Positions 12,311 to 24,781 of a stretch of DNA of 64,000 bases are shown one piece after another (the first letter of the stretch is position 1; each line of letters starts with the position of its first letter). The translations under genes and the position numbers were made by a program. Under the pieces are notes generated by a model, which was given only the letters and a program-made list of their open reading frames with translations, was not told where the DNA came from and did not search any database. The stretch is from Diadema antillarum. Lineage: Eukaryota. The stretch lies in assembly GCF_040938485.1 (NCBI RefSeq), contig NW_027271471.1, forward strand, positions 310,001-374,000. Direction: 5' to 3'.

Positions 12311-13694
12311 ACTAGAAAAGCACTCTCAGAGCTTGCTCTTGCTCTTCCCAAAGAGTTTTTACTCCTCTCCACCACTGGGGAAAAGTTCTTTAGGCTCTTC
12401 CATAGAGATCAGTGATTTCCACCCATAGGTATACATGCTGAAAAATCGCCCGATTTCCCAATATAGAAGCCTTTGCTACGTCATAAACCCTCAGCTGCAC
12501 GGCGCGCCTCGCCCTAGCAGATACTAGAGCACGCACTTTAGTGCGCGCATGCAAACCTCAAATACGCGCAGCCTAAACTCCCAAGTTCATTGACCCTACC
12601 TACCAAAATATCAAAAATCCTTCATAAATTTCCCAAAAATTCTCGGATCACTACCACAAAGTTAATCGTTTGGCACTTGTGCCATTCTCAACCTTTCTTG
12701 CAAGTTTCATCCCAATCCGTTAACTACTTTTTGAGTTATTTTGCACACGGACAAACTAACGAACTAACTAACGCACAAACCAACGGTAACGAAAACATAA
12801 TAGTGGGGGCGCAAGGGATTTTTGGTTCAAAATTTTCCGAAAGCACCAAAATTTGGCACACATGTAGCCCAAACCATACTATTTCGATTTTTGATGGGCG
12901 CCAAGAAGGGCGCCCTCTGGGGCGGCCATATTGGCAAAAATCCAACATGGCCGCCATATAGGTTTAAAGGCCACTTGCATTTGAAAACATAAAAGGGTTA
13001 CAGTCATTTAAAAAGTCAGGTTGAGAGGTTTTCTGGGTCAAGGAATTCGAATCTGAAGTTGTTTTTATGGTCTGAAGTCATTTTTTTTCTTGTAAGGTCA
13101 TCTTAAGGTCATTTAGGGGTCAATCCATTGTATTCATAACAGTTTATTGAAAAAAATGGCTTGCCCGTGGTCAATATTCCAGGAATGCCAGCCTTAGTAA
13201 TAGAATTGCATTTGTCGACGGCTGATAAAAGGCGTATTTCTTGTGAAGGGCGCCCTCCGGGGCGGCATATTTGCAAAAATCCAATGCGGTCACCTACGTT
13301 TAAAGGCCAGTATAACAATTAAAAACCTTTAAAGTGTTACAATAATTTGAAAAGTCAGCTTTAGAGGTTTTATGGGTCAAGGAATTCGATTCTGAAGTTG
13401 TTTTTATGGTCTGATGTCAATTTTTCCTTATAAGGTCTCCCTAAAGGTCATTTGGGGTCAAACCATTATATTCACAATAGGTAATTTAGAAAATGCCTTG
13501 CCTATAGTCAATATAGGAGGAATGCCAGCCCTTCTAATAGAATTGCAGTTGTTGAGGGCTGTGGGAGAGGGAGAGGTGGGCTTTCTCACGAGTAACATCA
13601 ATATGCATGCTTTCGTGTTATTAAAGATTTCAAACACTAGGTATACACTCATGAAGTATAATAACAACCCCTTTCTGAGAGTAATTAGGGTTAA

Positions 13695-14694
13695 CCCTAT
13701 AAAGCCCAAGGGGGGGGGGGGGGCACATTGTGCCCCCCCTACCAGATTTTCCTTTACCACTCCTTCGCCCTTAATCCGATTTCACCCAAATTTGGTGACT
13801 TTTCCTAAAATCTTATTGCGAACATTTTGATATATAATTTAGTTATATTTGATGTTGCTGGTTGCCATGGCAACCACAAACTGACAACCATGTCAGTCAG
13901 ATTTTGCATCTTTTTTCTGTTCCCATTTCATTAAACAGCATTACAGTGTATGAAATGGGTGTTTCTTGGCTGATATTTGCTGAAGGAGCAAAATTTTAAG
14001 TAATTATGGTCCTGGAAAGTTTTTCTTATTATTTTCTTTGTTTTTATGTGACAAAGGCATAAAACAATAGATATAATAGAGATAATTGAAAACAATAATA
14101 TTTTCTAAAGATTGCCCTTCTATTTTGTGTTATTTTGATTCCTTCACCCAAGTTATGCCTCTAATATCATTAGTTTATCATATTATCAATTTGCAATCTC
14201 AAAGTTCCACTATTATGCCAATATGAAATGTCATAACTATACATGTACCAATCCCAAACATTTCATCTCAGGTCTCATTATGTATTTCTATATGCTGATA
14301 TGAATAGCGCCCCCATGTGGTGACCTTGAGAAATTTCAATCATAACAAATAATAAGATTCTACTTGCTTATCATTTGTGGCAAATATGAAAATGATTGAT
14401 CTATATTAAAGACATATAGCCTATATATAATGGGGATAAAGAAATTATACAGAAAAATCATGTTTTAAGCATATTTCCTATGTATTTCTTTATATTTTGG
14501 TAAATAGCGCCCTCCATGGGTGACCTTGAGAAAATTCAAATGTATGGTCATGTAGAGTATGAGTTACTCTACCCATGTGCCAAATATGACGATGATACAT
14601 CAAATAATAAAAAAGTTGTATGGGGGGGGCACAATGTGCCCCCCCCCCCCCCCTTGGGCCTGCCAGGGGTCAAAATAGCTTGGGCTTAATAGGG
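13695..14694. mobile_element. piggyBac-like MITE (1000 bp)
   Basis: TTAA|CCCTATAAAGCCCAAG ... CTTGGGCTTAATAGGG|TTAA; TIRs match at 15/16; internal palindromic GGGGGGCACATTGTGCCCCCC motifs near both ends. Confidence 0.8.
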
Positions 14695-16204
14695 TTAAGG
14701 GATCTTACTCAGATCCTTATTTCACAATTAAATTTGAAGACTTGGTAACCTTTCAATTTCATTTTTAATGATTACTTACGGTAATTTTTTTTTCTGCATC
14801 ATTTCAATTATGGCCTGTTATAATATGGCTACACAAGCTTTTAAGTGAGGTTCTGTCCAAAGCTATGGAATATCATAGTTCATGTCACAATCATTCCATT
14901 AATTATTTTTACATTATAGGCGCTAAGAGGAAATGTCCTCACCGACTGGTCATATTTGCGGAATTCTTATTTGCATTTGCTTTAATGATTAGAATTATGG
15001 GTAATGCCCTTTCAAAAAGTTTTCAAGATTTGATTATTGGATTATTATTTTCATCTTCATTTGCAAGGAATGCAATAAAAACGTATATAAGAAATAGAAT
15101 CTTATTGCTACCTAATATATTAGTTTAGCAATAAGGGGGTGGGGGTACTCTCTATATTACCAGCGTCCTTGACGTTGTCACTAAAAAGAGAGGTGTTTTG
15201 ATTTCTCTGTTGCAGTTCAGGGATCCTCAGTTATAATAGATATTCATAATTCAGATTTAAATTCAATGGAATAATAATTATGAAGATCACTCCTAATCTA
15301 GATGAAAAAAGATAAAAATCTGTAGTGTATAAGAGAGTTTTTAGTACATCAGGTTGGCATCAATTTGCTATTTTCGAATTTGTGTTAGAAAGTTCGATTC
15401 TAAAGTCCTTATAGGAAATTTTATGCGCCTCCACAGCTAAAATTCTATGCCGGTCAGAGAACATGACGGTACTGGTGACGCCATGTAGGGAACAAGCATA
15501 TAATTTTATATTTCACAGGTGCCACAGTGGACGCAAATTGGTATGATATCACTAGACTTTATAAGTTGTATCTCGTTGGTCTGAAGACTATAGGTTGCAA
15601 CTCTACTCTCCGCAACATCTCTACGACGCACGTCTCCTGGAGACGAGCCCAATCTCCAGGATTCGCAGGAGAATCGGACATTTTCGATTTTTGCAGAGAC
15701 TACTTCCGTCTTCCAGCTTGTCTCCGAGACGTCTCTGCGAAGTCTCCATCACTGTGGCCATGTCGTGGGGACTAAATTTTGTCTGCAACATCTTCGAGAT
15801 GTCCCCGCATCTTGTGGAGACCGTAATAACATAATGGCGACGAAAGGGAGAAGTTGCTGAGAAAAGACATCTCTGATAAGTCCCTGTGACTGCAAAAGCC
15901 GTGCCAACACCCCCGTGACTTCCAAGCAAATAAGTTGTCCCTTTGTTTGAAGACGTCTTGGACGTCGCCCTAGAAATCGCGTTAGTTGTGACAGCGAAAA
16001 TATTTCTTCGAGACGCTGGCATTGCGACAATGTCTTCCTCCCGTCAGATAGGCCCTCAATCCCCCCCCCCCCCACTTTAAGTTTGCAGCAATATCAAACT
16101 ACTGACCATGGCTCGTCTGACACCTGCTCTACATTGTGCATTTTCACCTTCATTCATTCATTCATTCATTCATTCTTTCATTATTTTTTTTTCCATTTCC
16201 ATGT

Positions 16205-17530
16205 TTTCCACCTCCCAATACATGCCTTGAAACAGCTGTGGTGCAGAAGAATGAAATTTGGTACTGAAGCATTGCGGAGAGTGGCTGATAGTACTACTGT
16301 AGTAATTGCCATGTACCTGTGCCATCTTTCCTCCAACTCCACTCCCTGAAGTCAGGAATCACATCATGACCCATGCTGTCATGATTCCAGTAGAAACTCA
16401 CTTGCAGCAGCACTCATCTTCAAAATGTTGATAGCGTCGCTTGAGCAGATAGAGTGGTTTCTGATGATCTGCTCCCACGTTATGACGAGATGATGCCTAC
16501 CCTCGTTGACGCTGGCTGCCCCATAAAACTTGTTGCTCATCAGTCCTTGCTGGACATGAGCATGATTATTAAAGTAGTTAATGTGTCAGTGCGTTCTGGT
16601 TTGCTGACCCATATTACTTATAGGCAATTTCCATGCCACATCAAAGCAAGTCTGAAGTAATGTCGCATCCTGCCAGTGCCTGATGTTGGGCTCTGGAAGA
16701 GAGGTACGCTGTACAGGAAAGAGCTGAAAAGGCCTTTATCTTTTCAATACCACGACCCAACCGTAACTCCCTCAGATCAAAGGGATTAAAAAAAGCACAC
16801 TATATACCGAAATGTGATGTTATGCTCATCCGTGCGATTGTATACTGTTTTCAGAAAATGCTTTCAGAAGACATTATGTCATCCTTTGTAAGGATATCTT
16901 TGCGTAGATCGCATCTAAGTTGTTGGAAAGCTGAAGGGTTGTGAGATCACAATTCCTGTTGAATATTTCAGTCTCGAATCAGGTGCTCAGGATGAGTTAT
17001 CCGTCTCATTTATTCTTGGATATGTGTGCGCTGATAAATGAGGGCAGTTCTTTATTTTTCAATCTTAATTTTCAGGAAGCCGCTATGCTCTTCCAATCAT
17101 AATTTGAGATTTGAGTGGTGCCATCACCATCACTTGTCAGAGGACTGCACAGTGTTGCAGCGCAAAAATGTTAAGATTATTTTCTTCAGGATCAGTATCC
17201 CATACAACATCAATAGGTGTTCAGTTTCCCTAGTCATTTGCCCTTTCAGTAAAGAAACGGTTTCGTTTGATAAAACGAGAATAAAAAAAGATAAAAAACC
17301 TTCAGCTGAATTGTCTTCACCTACTCTTGTAAGATACTGCCATTAAAGGACTTTAATGATCGAATTTAGTTAACTGCCCCTAGAATACTGGTCTGACCTG
17401 GATTGAGGAGCTCGATTCCCTGGAAGCTTCGGCCATTGCTTCCTTCACTGAAGAAGCAGACGCTGTCTTGTCAAGGGAGAGCAGGCATACACCAATTTCA
17501 CCAGGAGGAGAATCATATCGCTTGCCAGCT
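16205..17530 (-). pseudogene. Academ transposase remnants (frameshifted, internally deleted)
   Basis: Colinear minus-strand motifs recalled from Academ transposases: LNPGQT (17390-17407), WQYxxRVGED, IDVVWD (17197-17214), ALAGCDITS (~16662-16679), SVNEGRHHL (~16496-16513), QVSFYW...EWSWRK, and a degenerate Cys-rich tail SCFKACIGR. Confidence 0.7.
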
Positions 17531-17557
17531 GGAAAGTTATATAATTGACCATGAAAA

Positions 17558-18012
17558 GTGACGAGGTGGCTCAGTCGGTATGGTATGGCTTGCGGTCTAA
17601 AGACTTGTGTTCCGGCGCGGGTTCCGGAATCCCACTTATCTCAAGTCTATTAGCTTAGCAATGGTGTGTGTTGTCATACCGCCCCCTCTAGTAGAGGCAC
17701 AACACGCTACACCTCATCACTTGGATATAAAAAGGGGAAGTCCCTTGTGTGAAAGAATCACAAACCCAGACACATGAAAAGATCCCGAATCGGCATTCCG
17801 TTATCGGAAAACTCAAGGTGCATAAACCGGTAAAGTGGTCCACCCCAAGTATACAACTGACCAGCATACGGGCTATCCAGCTATCTCGTCAGAAGGAAAA
17901 ACGAAGACAAAATAAGATTAGGCGTGTTTATTACCCTCTTTGCCATTGCACCCTGATTTGGCACCTTGGAATAGGATGGCGGCCGTATTTAAGCATGTAT
18001 ATATATATATAT
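17558..18012 (+). mobile_element. tRNA-derived SINE
   Basis: A-box TGGCTCAGTCGG (17567-17578), degenerate B-box GGGTTCCGGAATCCC (17619-17633), central region similar to 58770-58865, (TA)n tail. Confidence 0.6.
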
Positions 18013-18145
18013 AAACAAAGAAAGGAAAAACTGACCAGAAACAATTGATACATAGTGAAAACTTTGAGCAAAGAAAATGAGAAAAGAAAATGAAACCGAT
18101 GGAAGACAGTTTTCTGTGCTCAAAGATTTCAATGTAATTATATAG

Positions 18146-18176
<31 letters not shown>

Positions 18177-19735
18177 CTTAAATATATATTTTTTTCATTT
18201 ATTTGTCATAATTATTATTGATAATATTGTAGAGGAATGGAACCGCTCTTGGCCCTAATTGACCATTGAAGGAGTATGAAAGAGATGACAAATGGGACAA
18301 AATAGGGGTACCAGTGAATTGCAGTTGAATGCTCACAGACGCCATTTCGAAAAATGCACAAAATGCCTGATTTGACCCATATTTGATCTTGAAAGTGACC
18401 ATGAATTGCAGAAATGATATTTAGAATCACATTCTCTGACCCCGTAAAATCTTCCACATGGGATTCATAACATTAATCAACCTGTTCAATTTGTAACTGC
18501 AGTTGACCTTTAACCCTGATGGCGGCCATATTGGATTTCACCAATATGACGGCCCCAAGGGTTTTTAGTCTTGGCGCCCATCAAAAATCGAAAGAGTATC
18601 GTCCAAGGGACCTATGAGCCAAATTTGGTGTTTTTGGAAGAATTTGAACCAAACAACCCATTTTGAGCCCTTAGGCCCCCAACTATAACCTCCTCCCTTG
18701 GCGGAGGTAATAAACATAAATACAGTATGGATGTAGACGGTGATCCGGATTAGTATATCAACATTTAGTTACACTCTACTCTTTGAGCCATTTCTAACTT
18801 TTCCTGAAATTTTAACCAAATCAGTCGAGTTAATTTTAACAAACAAACCAACCAATGCCCACAAAAATGAAAATGACCTCCTTAGCAAAGGTGTGACTAC
18901 AGAATTATAATTGATTAGAATCTATTTATAACAAAATCAATTAATCAATTAATCTAACAATCAATCAATACCAACTTACCCTGTGATAAGGAGAAGGAAG
19001 ATGAATGCTGCAAATTTCTTGTCCATGCTGAATTTCGACACTGCAAATAAAATCCAAGTATAAATGTAGGGCTATAAAAAGGAAATTTCATATTTTCATA
19101 TTTCGCAATAACAAAAGCCCCTAGCTGACTTTGATATCTCCTCCAGAAGACAGGAAAAATATATATCACCCGAAACATAATGGCAGTAACAAGTCTTACC
19201 GTCTGTTTAGACGTACAGGACTAATGATAACAATTCAAATGCCACAATATCACTCTATGTTACTGTTAGATCTATATTTTGGTATACTTACATGATTAAA
19301 ACAGTTGATGTTGCGTATCGCTTTGAACTGATATATAGATTCTTCTCGCTGCACACAGAGCTCTGACTTGCTTGCGATGGTCTTTACAGTTTGTGCGATA
19401 GTCTTTCAAAGAAGCTTGGCATTTAACCAATGAGGTTATGACTTCGTGTCGTAACCTGCAACCACGGAGCTACAACACATTGCAATCTTGCAGTAATGTT
19501 CTATAGAGGCCTTAGTTCTAGCAGGGAGGTGGGAAGAGACCAGCCTAGTATGTGACGAAATCCTACGTGCACAGCGTTTCGTGGTACAGTGTACAGACGC
19601 CCCCAGGGCTCCGCGAGTATTGTGGAATTCCCATGGATGGGAATTCCCCACTACAAACCCATGATGAAAGCCAGACCCAGTATCAGCAGTGCGCATTGAT
19701 GGCCACACCATGATCGGTATTGTTGTTTAGAGAAC

Positions 19736-21701
19736 CAGTGGCGTATCTAGGGAAAACGGCGCCCGGGGCACCCCAACCCCAACCCCATCCCGGTAGGGAC
19801 TTTTAAACAAAGTCCACATGATGCTTTTCAAGCACTTAAAAGGGATCTTTTGAGGGTGATTTAAATGTAATGAATTTTGATAGATTTTAGCGAGCGAGCG
19901 CAGCGAGCGAGCCGAAATTTTTGTATTTCAGCTTACAAAACATGGAATTCTTGTCATTTTTTGCTTACCAAATCATACAATTCTAATCAAGATATAGTGA
20001 CGGCCTTATAGATAACGATTTATACCCAAAAACTGAGGACTTTAGAAAATACTCTAAATTAGTGCGCGCGAGTTAGCTGAAATTTGTATATGTCCTCGTC
20101 ATCATCACGTATTGTTCTTATCTTTTTTTATATATAAATTTTGGCGAGCGAGCGCAGCGAGCGAGCCGAAAATTTTTGTATTTCAGCTTACAAAACATGG
20201 AATTCTTGTCATTTTTTGCGTATTAAATCTCACAATTATAGTGACGACCTTATAGATAACGATTTATACCAACAAACTGAGGACTTGAAAAAATTATCTA
20301 AATTAGTACGAGCGAGTGAGCCGAAATTTGTATATTTCTGCGTCATCATTACTTTTTTTCTTATCTTTTTTGATTTTTTTTTGCGCCCCCCTCCCCCGTA
20401 TGTTCGAAACCGTTGGCGTCCTCTTTTGATCCAATCGGCAATCGCTTCAGAACGAATGAAATTGCAGTCGCTGCTCCGTTTAACATTTTTCCTGCTTAAT
20501 ATAAAATGACATGTGTGAACACAATAGACACTGTCATTTTGTCATCATCACGTTTTGTTCTTACCTTCTTTTTTATACAAATTTTGGCGAGCGAGCGCAG
20601 CGAGCGAGTCGAAAATTTTTGTATTTCAGCTCACAGAACATGGAATTTTTGTGTGAACACAATAAACATTGTCATTTTGTCCGCGTCATCATCATGTTTG
20701 GTTTTTATCTTGTTTGATTTGGTTTTCTCCCCCCCCCCCCCCCCCACCAATTTCCCTCCGCCCTTCCGGGCGAGTTTTTTTTTTTTTCTTCTTCTTCTTC
20801 CTTTCTTCATTTCATCATTCTGTCCGCGTCATCGTCACGTTTTGTTGTTATCTTCTCTTTTTTTAATAAAAATTTTGGCGAGCGAGCGCAGCGAGCGAGC
20901 CGAAAATTTTTGTATTTCTGCTTACAAATCATGAAACTCTTGTCATTTTTTGCTTATTAAATCTTATAATTCTAATCAAGATATAGCGACGGCCTTATAG
21001 ATAACGATTTATATCAACAAACTGAGGACTTGAAAAAATACTCTAAGTCAGTACGAGCGAGCCGACATTTGTATATATTCCGCGTCATCATTACGTTTTG
21101 TTCTTATCTTGTTTGATTTGGGTTTTTTGCGCCCCCCCCCCCCCCCATGTTCGAAACCCTTGGCGCCTTCTTTTGATCCAATTGCCGATCGCTTCTGAAC
21201 GAAAGAAATTGCAGCCGCTGCTCCGTGTAACATTTTGCCTGCTAAATATAAAATGACATGTGTGAACACAATAGACACTGTCATTTTGTCATCATCACGT
21301 TTTGTTCTTACCTTCTTTTTTATATAAATTTTGGCGAGCGAGCGCAGCGAGGGAGCCGAAAATTTTTGTATTTCAGCTCACAGAACATGGAATTTTTGTG
21401 TGAACACAATAAACATTGTCATTTTGTCCGCGTCATCATGTTTTGTCTTTATCTTGTTTGACTTGGTTTTCTTCCCCCGCCCCCCCCCCCCCTCCCCGCC
21501 CCCCACCATTCTCCCTCCGCCCTTCCGGGTGAGTTTTTCTTTTCCTTCTTCTTCTTCTTTTCTTTTTTTTTTCTTCTTCTTCTTCTTCGTTTTTTTCTTT
21601 TTCTTCTTCTTCTTCGTTTTTTTTTTTCGGTTTTTTTTGCGCCCCCAAGGAGTGGCGCCCGGGGCACGTGCCCCCCTTGCCCCCCCTTAGATACGCCACT
21701 G
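19736..21701. mobile_element. hAT-like non-autonomous transposon with modular internal repeats
   Basis: TIRs CAGTGGCGTATCTA / TAGATACGCCACTG and a perfect 8-bp TSD TAGAGAAC (19728-19735, 21702-21709). Five modules start with (GCGA)n near 19890, 20143, 20587, 20877 and 21333. Confidence 0.85.
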
Positions 21702-22723
21702 TAGAGAACTGATGGTTGTTTGTTTGACTAACGCTTGCCGTGAATATAAAAAGAAAGAAAGAAAGAAGGTGAATCGTACATCATTAGCTAAAGAAAAACA
21801 TGATGTGCCTACAGCAATATGCATGCTGAGAATGCACTATCGCGATAATGGGAGCTCATTATACTGCTCTACTTTGGCAAAAGGAAGCAAATGACATCGA
21901 GTACAATTGCTGCAAATGAAGAAAATATGTTTTTGGGTAGGCCCTTCAGCATGGAAATTTGTGATGAGAAATAATGGCGGTATTCGTTGCAAGTCATATG
22001 GTGATGCATTTATGACAATTCGAAGAATTTTGATATTCCCATAGAAACCGATTATGATGTAACTTGCTTCCTTTTGCCAAAGTATTATAGATTTGTAGCA
22101 AACATGAAAAATCTGGCAAAAGGAATCAAGTGACGATCATTATTGGGGATTCCTTTTGCCAAAGTAATATGGATTTGTAGCAAATATAAAAAAGAACTGG
22201 CAAAAGTAAGCAAGTGACAATCATAACATGAGAATGTATATTGCTTCCTTTTGCCAAAGCATCATGGATTTGTAGCAAACATAAGAAATTGGCAAAAGGA
22301 AGCAAGTGACAATCATATCATAAGGATGTCACTTGCTTCCTTTAGCCGAAGTATTTTAAATTGTGTGCAAATATAAATAATTTGGCAAAAAGAAGCAAGT
22401 GACAATCATATCATGAGGTTGTAAAAGTTGCTTCCTTTTGCCAAAGTATTATAGATTTGTAGCAAACATGTAAAATCTGGCAAAATGAAGCAAGTGACAA
22501 TCATAATTGGGGATTATCATGAGTATGTTACTTGCTTCCTTTTGCCAAAGTATTATGGATTTGTAGCAAACATAAAGAATTAGCAAAAGGAAGCAAGAGA
22601 CAATCATATACATGAGAATGTTATTTGCTTCCTTTTGCCAAAGTATCATGGATTTGTAGCAAACATAAGAAATTGGCAAAAGGAAGCAAGTGACAATCAT
22701 ATCATAAGGATGTCACTTGCTTC

Positions 22724-24034
22724 TGTTGGAAGGTAGGCCTCGGGGCGTGTTAATGTGGCAAGATATTATTTTTGTTGTGTAACAAACTACACACCAAACA
22801 CACTCTCATCATACAGCCATATTCCAACGTCTTGAGTTGTGATTCGACTCGATTTACTAATTGTAATAACGGGCGTTGACAACAGAATATTTAAGTTTCA
22901 ATACTATACACGCTTTATTGTCGTGTACATCATTATATCACACGCAGGTGATAATTATAGGGTATTTCCCCCAGAATATGAATCAATCAGTGTATTGGTT
23001 ATTTACGACTCTCCATGAGCAATCACACCAAATTATATTTGGTCAAAACGTTTAAAAGGAGGTCTTAAAATTGAGGGGACATACATATGATTATAATTAT
23101 TAGGAGCGGTAATACAAATAAAAGGGTGCATAAGTTACGAACCACCGCGACAGTCCGAACAGAGTCCCAAGTCGCTTCCAGCGTAAAATAGCGGCCACGT
23201 CACTCTCCAAAGGGGACCTCAATCGCGATCGCGAACTGCAGTGCGCACTGCCACGATGAACTCCGGGTCGAGATGCTGACGTGTACACGTACTGTCTGGA
23301 ACGGGACCGGTGTTCGCCGCCTCGTCGTCGCCCGGCACTCACATCAATAGCGTTGACATCGATTGTTAAGGATGCGATCCCACTTGGAGATTCACAATAA
23401 ATTTACGCTAATTCGTGGTGAGCTGGACATACAGTAGATGAAGTTCATCCTTAGTCATTGACGACGGGGTTGACGATGGGAGGAGATGCGAGATGATGAG
23501 CTTTGATGCAAGCCTCATGCAGCGTCCGCAAATATGACAGGAATTCAACTCCTCTTCATAACAATTGTTCCACAACTATTTAGAATTAATGTTGCTTGAA
23601 AAATGCACCTCACCGATGTGGTGTATTGTATGAACTCCAAGAATTATAGTACAATGTAAAACTGACTCAATACGGGATGGACTTGACTCTGGAAAGTATA
23701 ATATTACATCTCCCCTTTGTATCGGACGCAGGAGATCGATGGTCTATGTCCATCTCCTTTGGAGGTTGAGGAGCCAGAGTGAGAGAAAAAGCTATGTCCA
23801 CGGTTAATGTTAGGGAAAGGGGGCTACGTGGCAGGTATTATGGGATAAGCCTACGTGTACCTTTTTACAGAACCGTGGTCAAAGGACTGGTCAGCAAAAA
23901 TTAGCTCTTTTGATTCTTCTTTTGCCATCGGGGAGCGTCCGGAGAGAGTAACATGATTATATAATACCGATTGAAATAGCTCCCTCTCTCGGCCGGTGAC
24001 TTATAGTCAGACTAACGGGGTACGTGCTGCTACA
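22724..24034 (-). repeat. 3' LTR (1311 bp)
   Basis: Matches 29277-30582 apart from the differences I could see (2 substitutions and a 5-bp indel). AATAAA at 22914-22919 on the minus strand. Confidence 0.95.
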
Positions 24035-24056
24035 AGGAATCCTCCCCCCCCCCCCT
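24035..24056 (-). promoter_or_regulatory. Polypurine tract (plus-strand primer)
   Basis: The minus strand reads a poly-G run then AGGATTCCT immediately before the 3' LTR start TGTAG. Confidence 0.8.
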
Positions 24057-24781
24057 AGTACGTAAGTCCTGACCAGCACTGACGTACGACAAAAGGAAAA
24101 ATAACTGTATGTACACCGTTTTACTACCTGCCAATAACACAATATCAATACGATGGTCATGTAAACCATTGAGGACGGTATGCAGGTTGTTATAAAGCTA
24201 ACAAAACTTATTGTAAAATACTGTACATAATATGCTATGAGGTCGATCTAACTGAACCGTGTGTTGGTTCAACGTCCTCAAGCGCTGTCCATGCATTATA
24301 GCACGGGCTCGATAATAATACAAACAGATGCACATTTGTAACGGAAAGTACAAACAAAGCATATTGTCAAGTATGACACAAAAAAGTGTATGTCATGTTG
24401 CTCGTGTCGTTCTGCGATGGCAGCCCCTAAGCGTTATACAATGTACTACATTTAGAGTATCGCAGAAAGCACACAAAGTAATATACATGTACGATAAAAA
24501 TACGGAAACTTAAATGTATCTGGTTGCAGTGAATCTGCCCGTGGTAAGTTTTCCTTCTACGGGGGCAACTCTGAGATCACGCAAAAGAAACTATTAGATG
24601 ATAACAAATTATCACAAAAAAAATCCTGTACAAACTGTATACGGCCAAGGCGTACACATATAACATACATACTAATTACCTAAGACGGTCGCATAATATC
24701 CACATTAATCAATTAAATCCGCCTTAAAACTTGACATGATTAAGAGTGATGGCAGACGCCTCGTAACTAAATGAAATAACG

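Larger units (their letters stand above)
12801..18685 (-). mobile_element. Decayed Academ-like DNA transposon
   Basis: TAG...CTA termini (TAGTGGGGGC / GCCCCCAACTA), 3-bp TSD TAA (12798-12800, 18686-18688), imperfect TIRs of ~300 bp, two ~340-bp subterminal repeats (12905, 13245) and internal transposase remnants. Confidence 0.75.
12310..18712 (-). mobile_element. HINE/Helentron-type element split by the Academ insertion (pieces 12310-12800 and 18686-18712)
   Basis: Removing 12801-18685 and one TAA restores gaaaacataacctcctcccttggcggaggtaa, a HINE terminus. The other end reads GTGCTTTTCTAG on the minus strand. An ACTA/ACAA microsatellite lies at ~12750-12785. Confidence 0.65.

Noticed and set aside
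17558-17640. tRNA gene
   Set aside because: The A and B boxes are degenerate, there is no clean cloverleaf, and the sequence continues into a SINE body.
21331-21699. Poly-Phe, poly-Lys and poly-Glu ORFs
   Set aside because: They arise from TTC/T-rich low-complexity DNA inside the hAT-like element.
22062-22723. Regular repeat array with palindromic units, superficially CRISPR-like
   Set aside because: The intervening sequences are themselves homologous rather than unique spacers, there are no cas genes, the context is animal, and the array lies within a TIR element.
23100-23342. 80-aa Arg-rich ORF present in both LTRs (also 29653-29895)
   Set aside because: Non-ATG start, no recognisable domain, and duplicated only because it lies in the LTR.
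24057-24781. Possible env or extra ORF between pol and the 3' LTR
   Set aside because: Only short ORFs, with no signal peptide or TM pattern; treated as 3' UTR.
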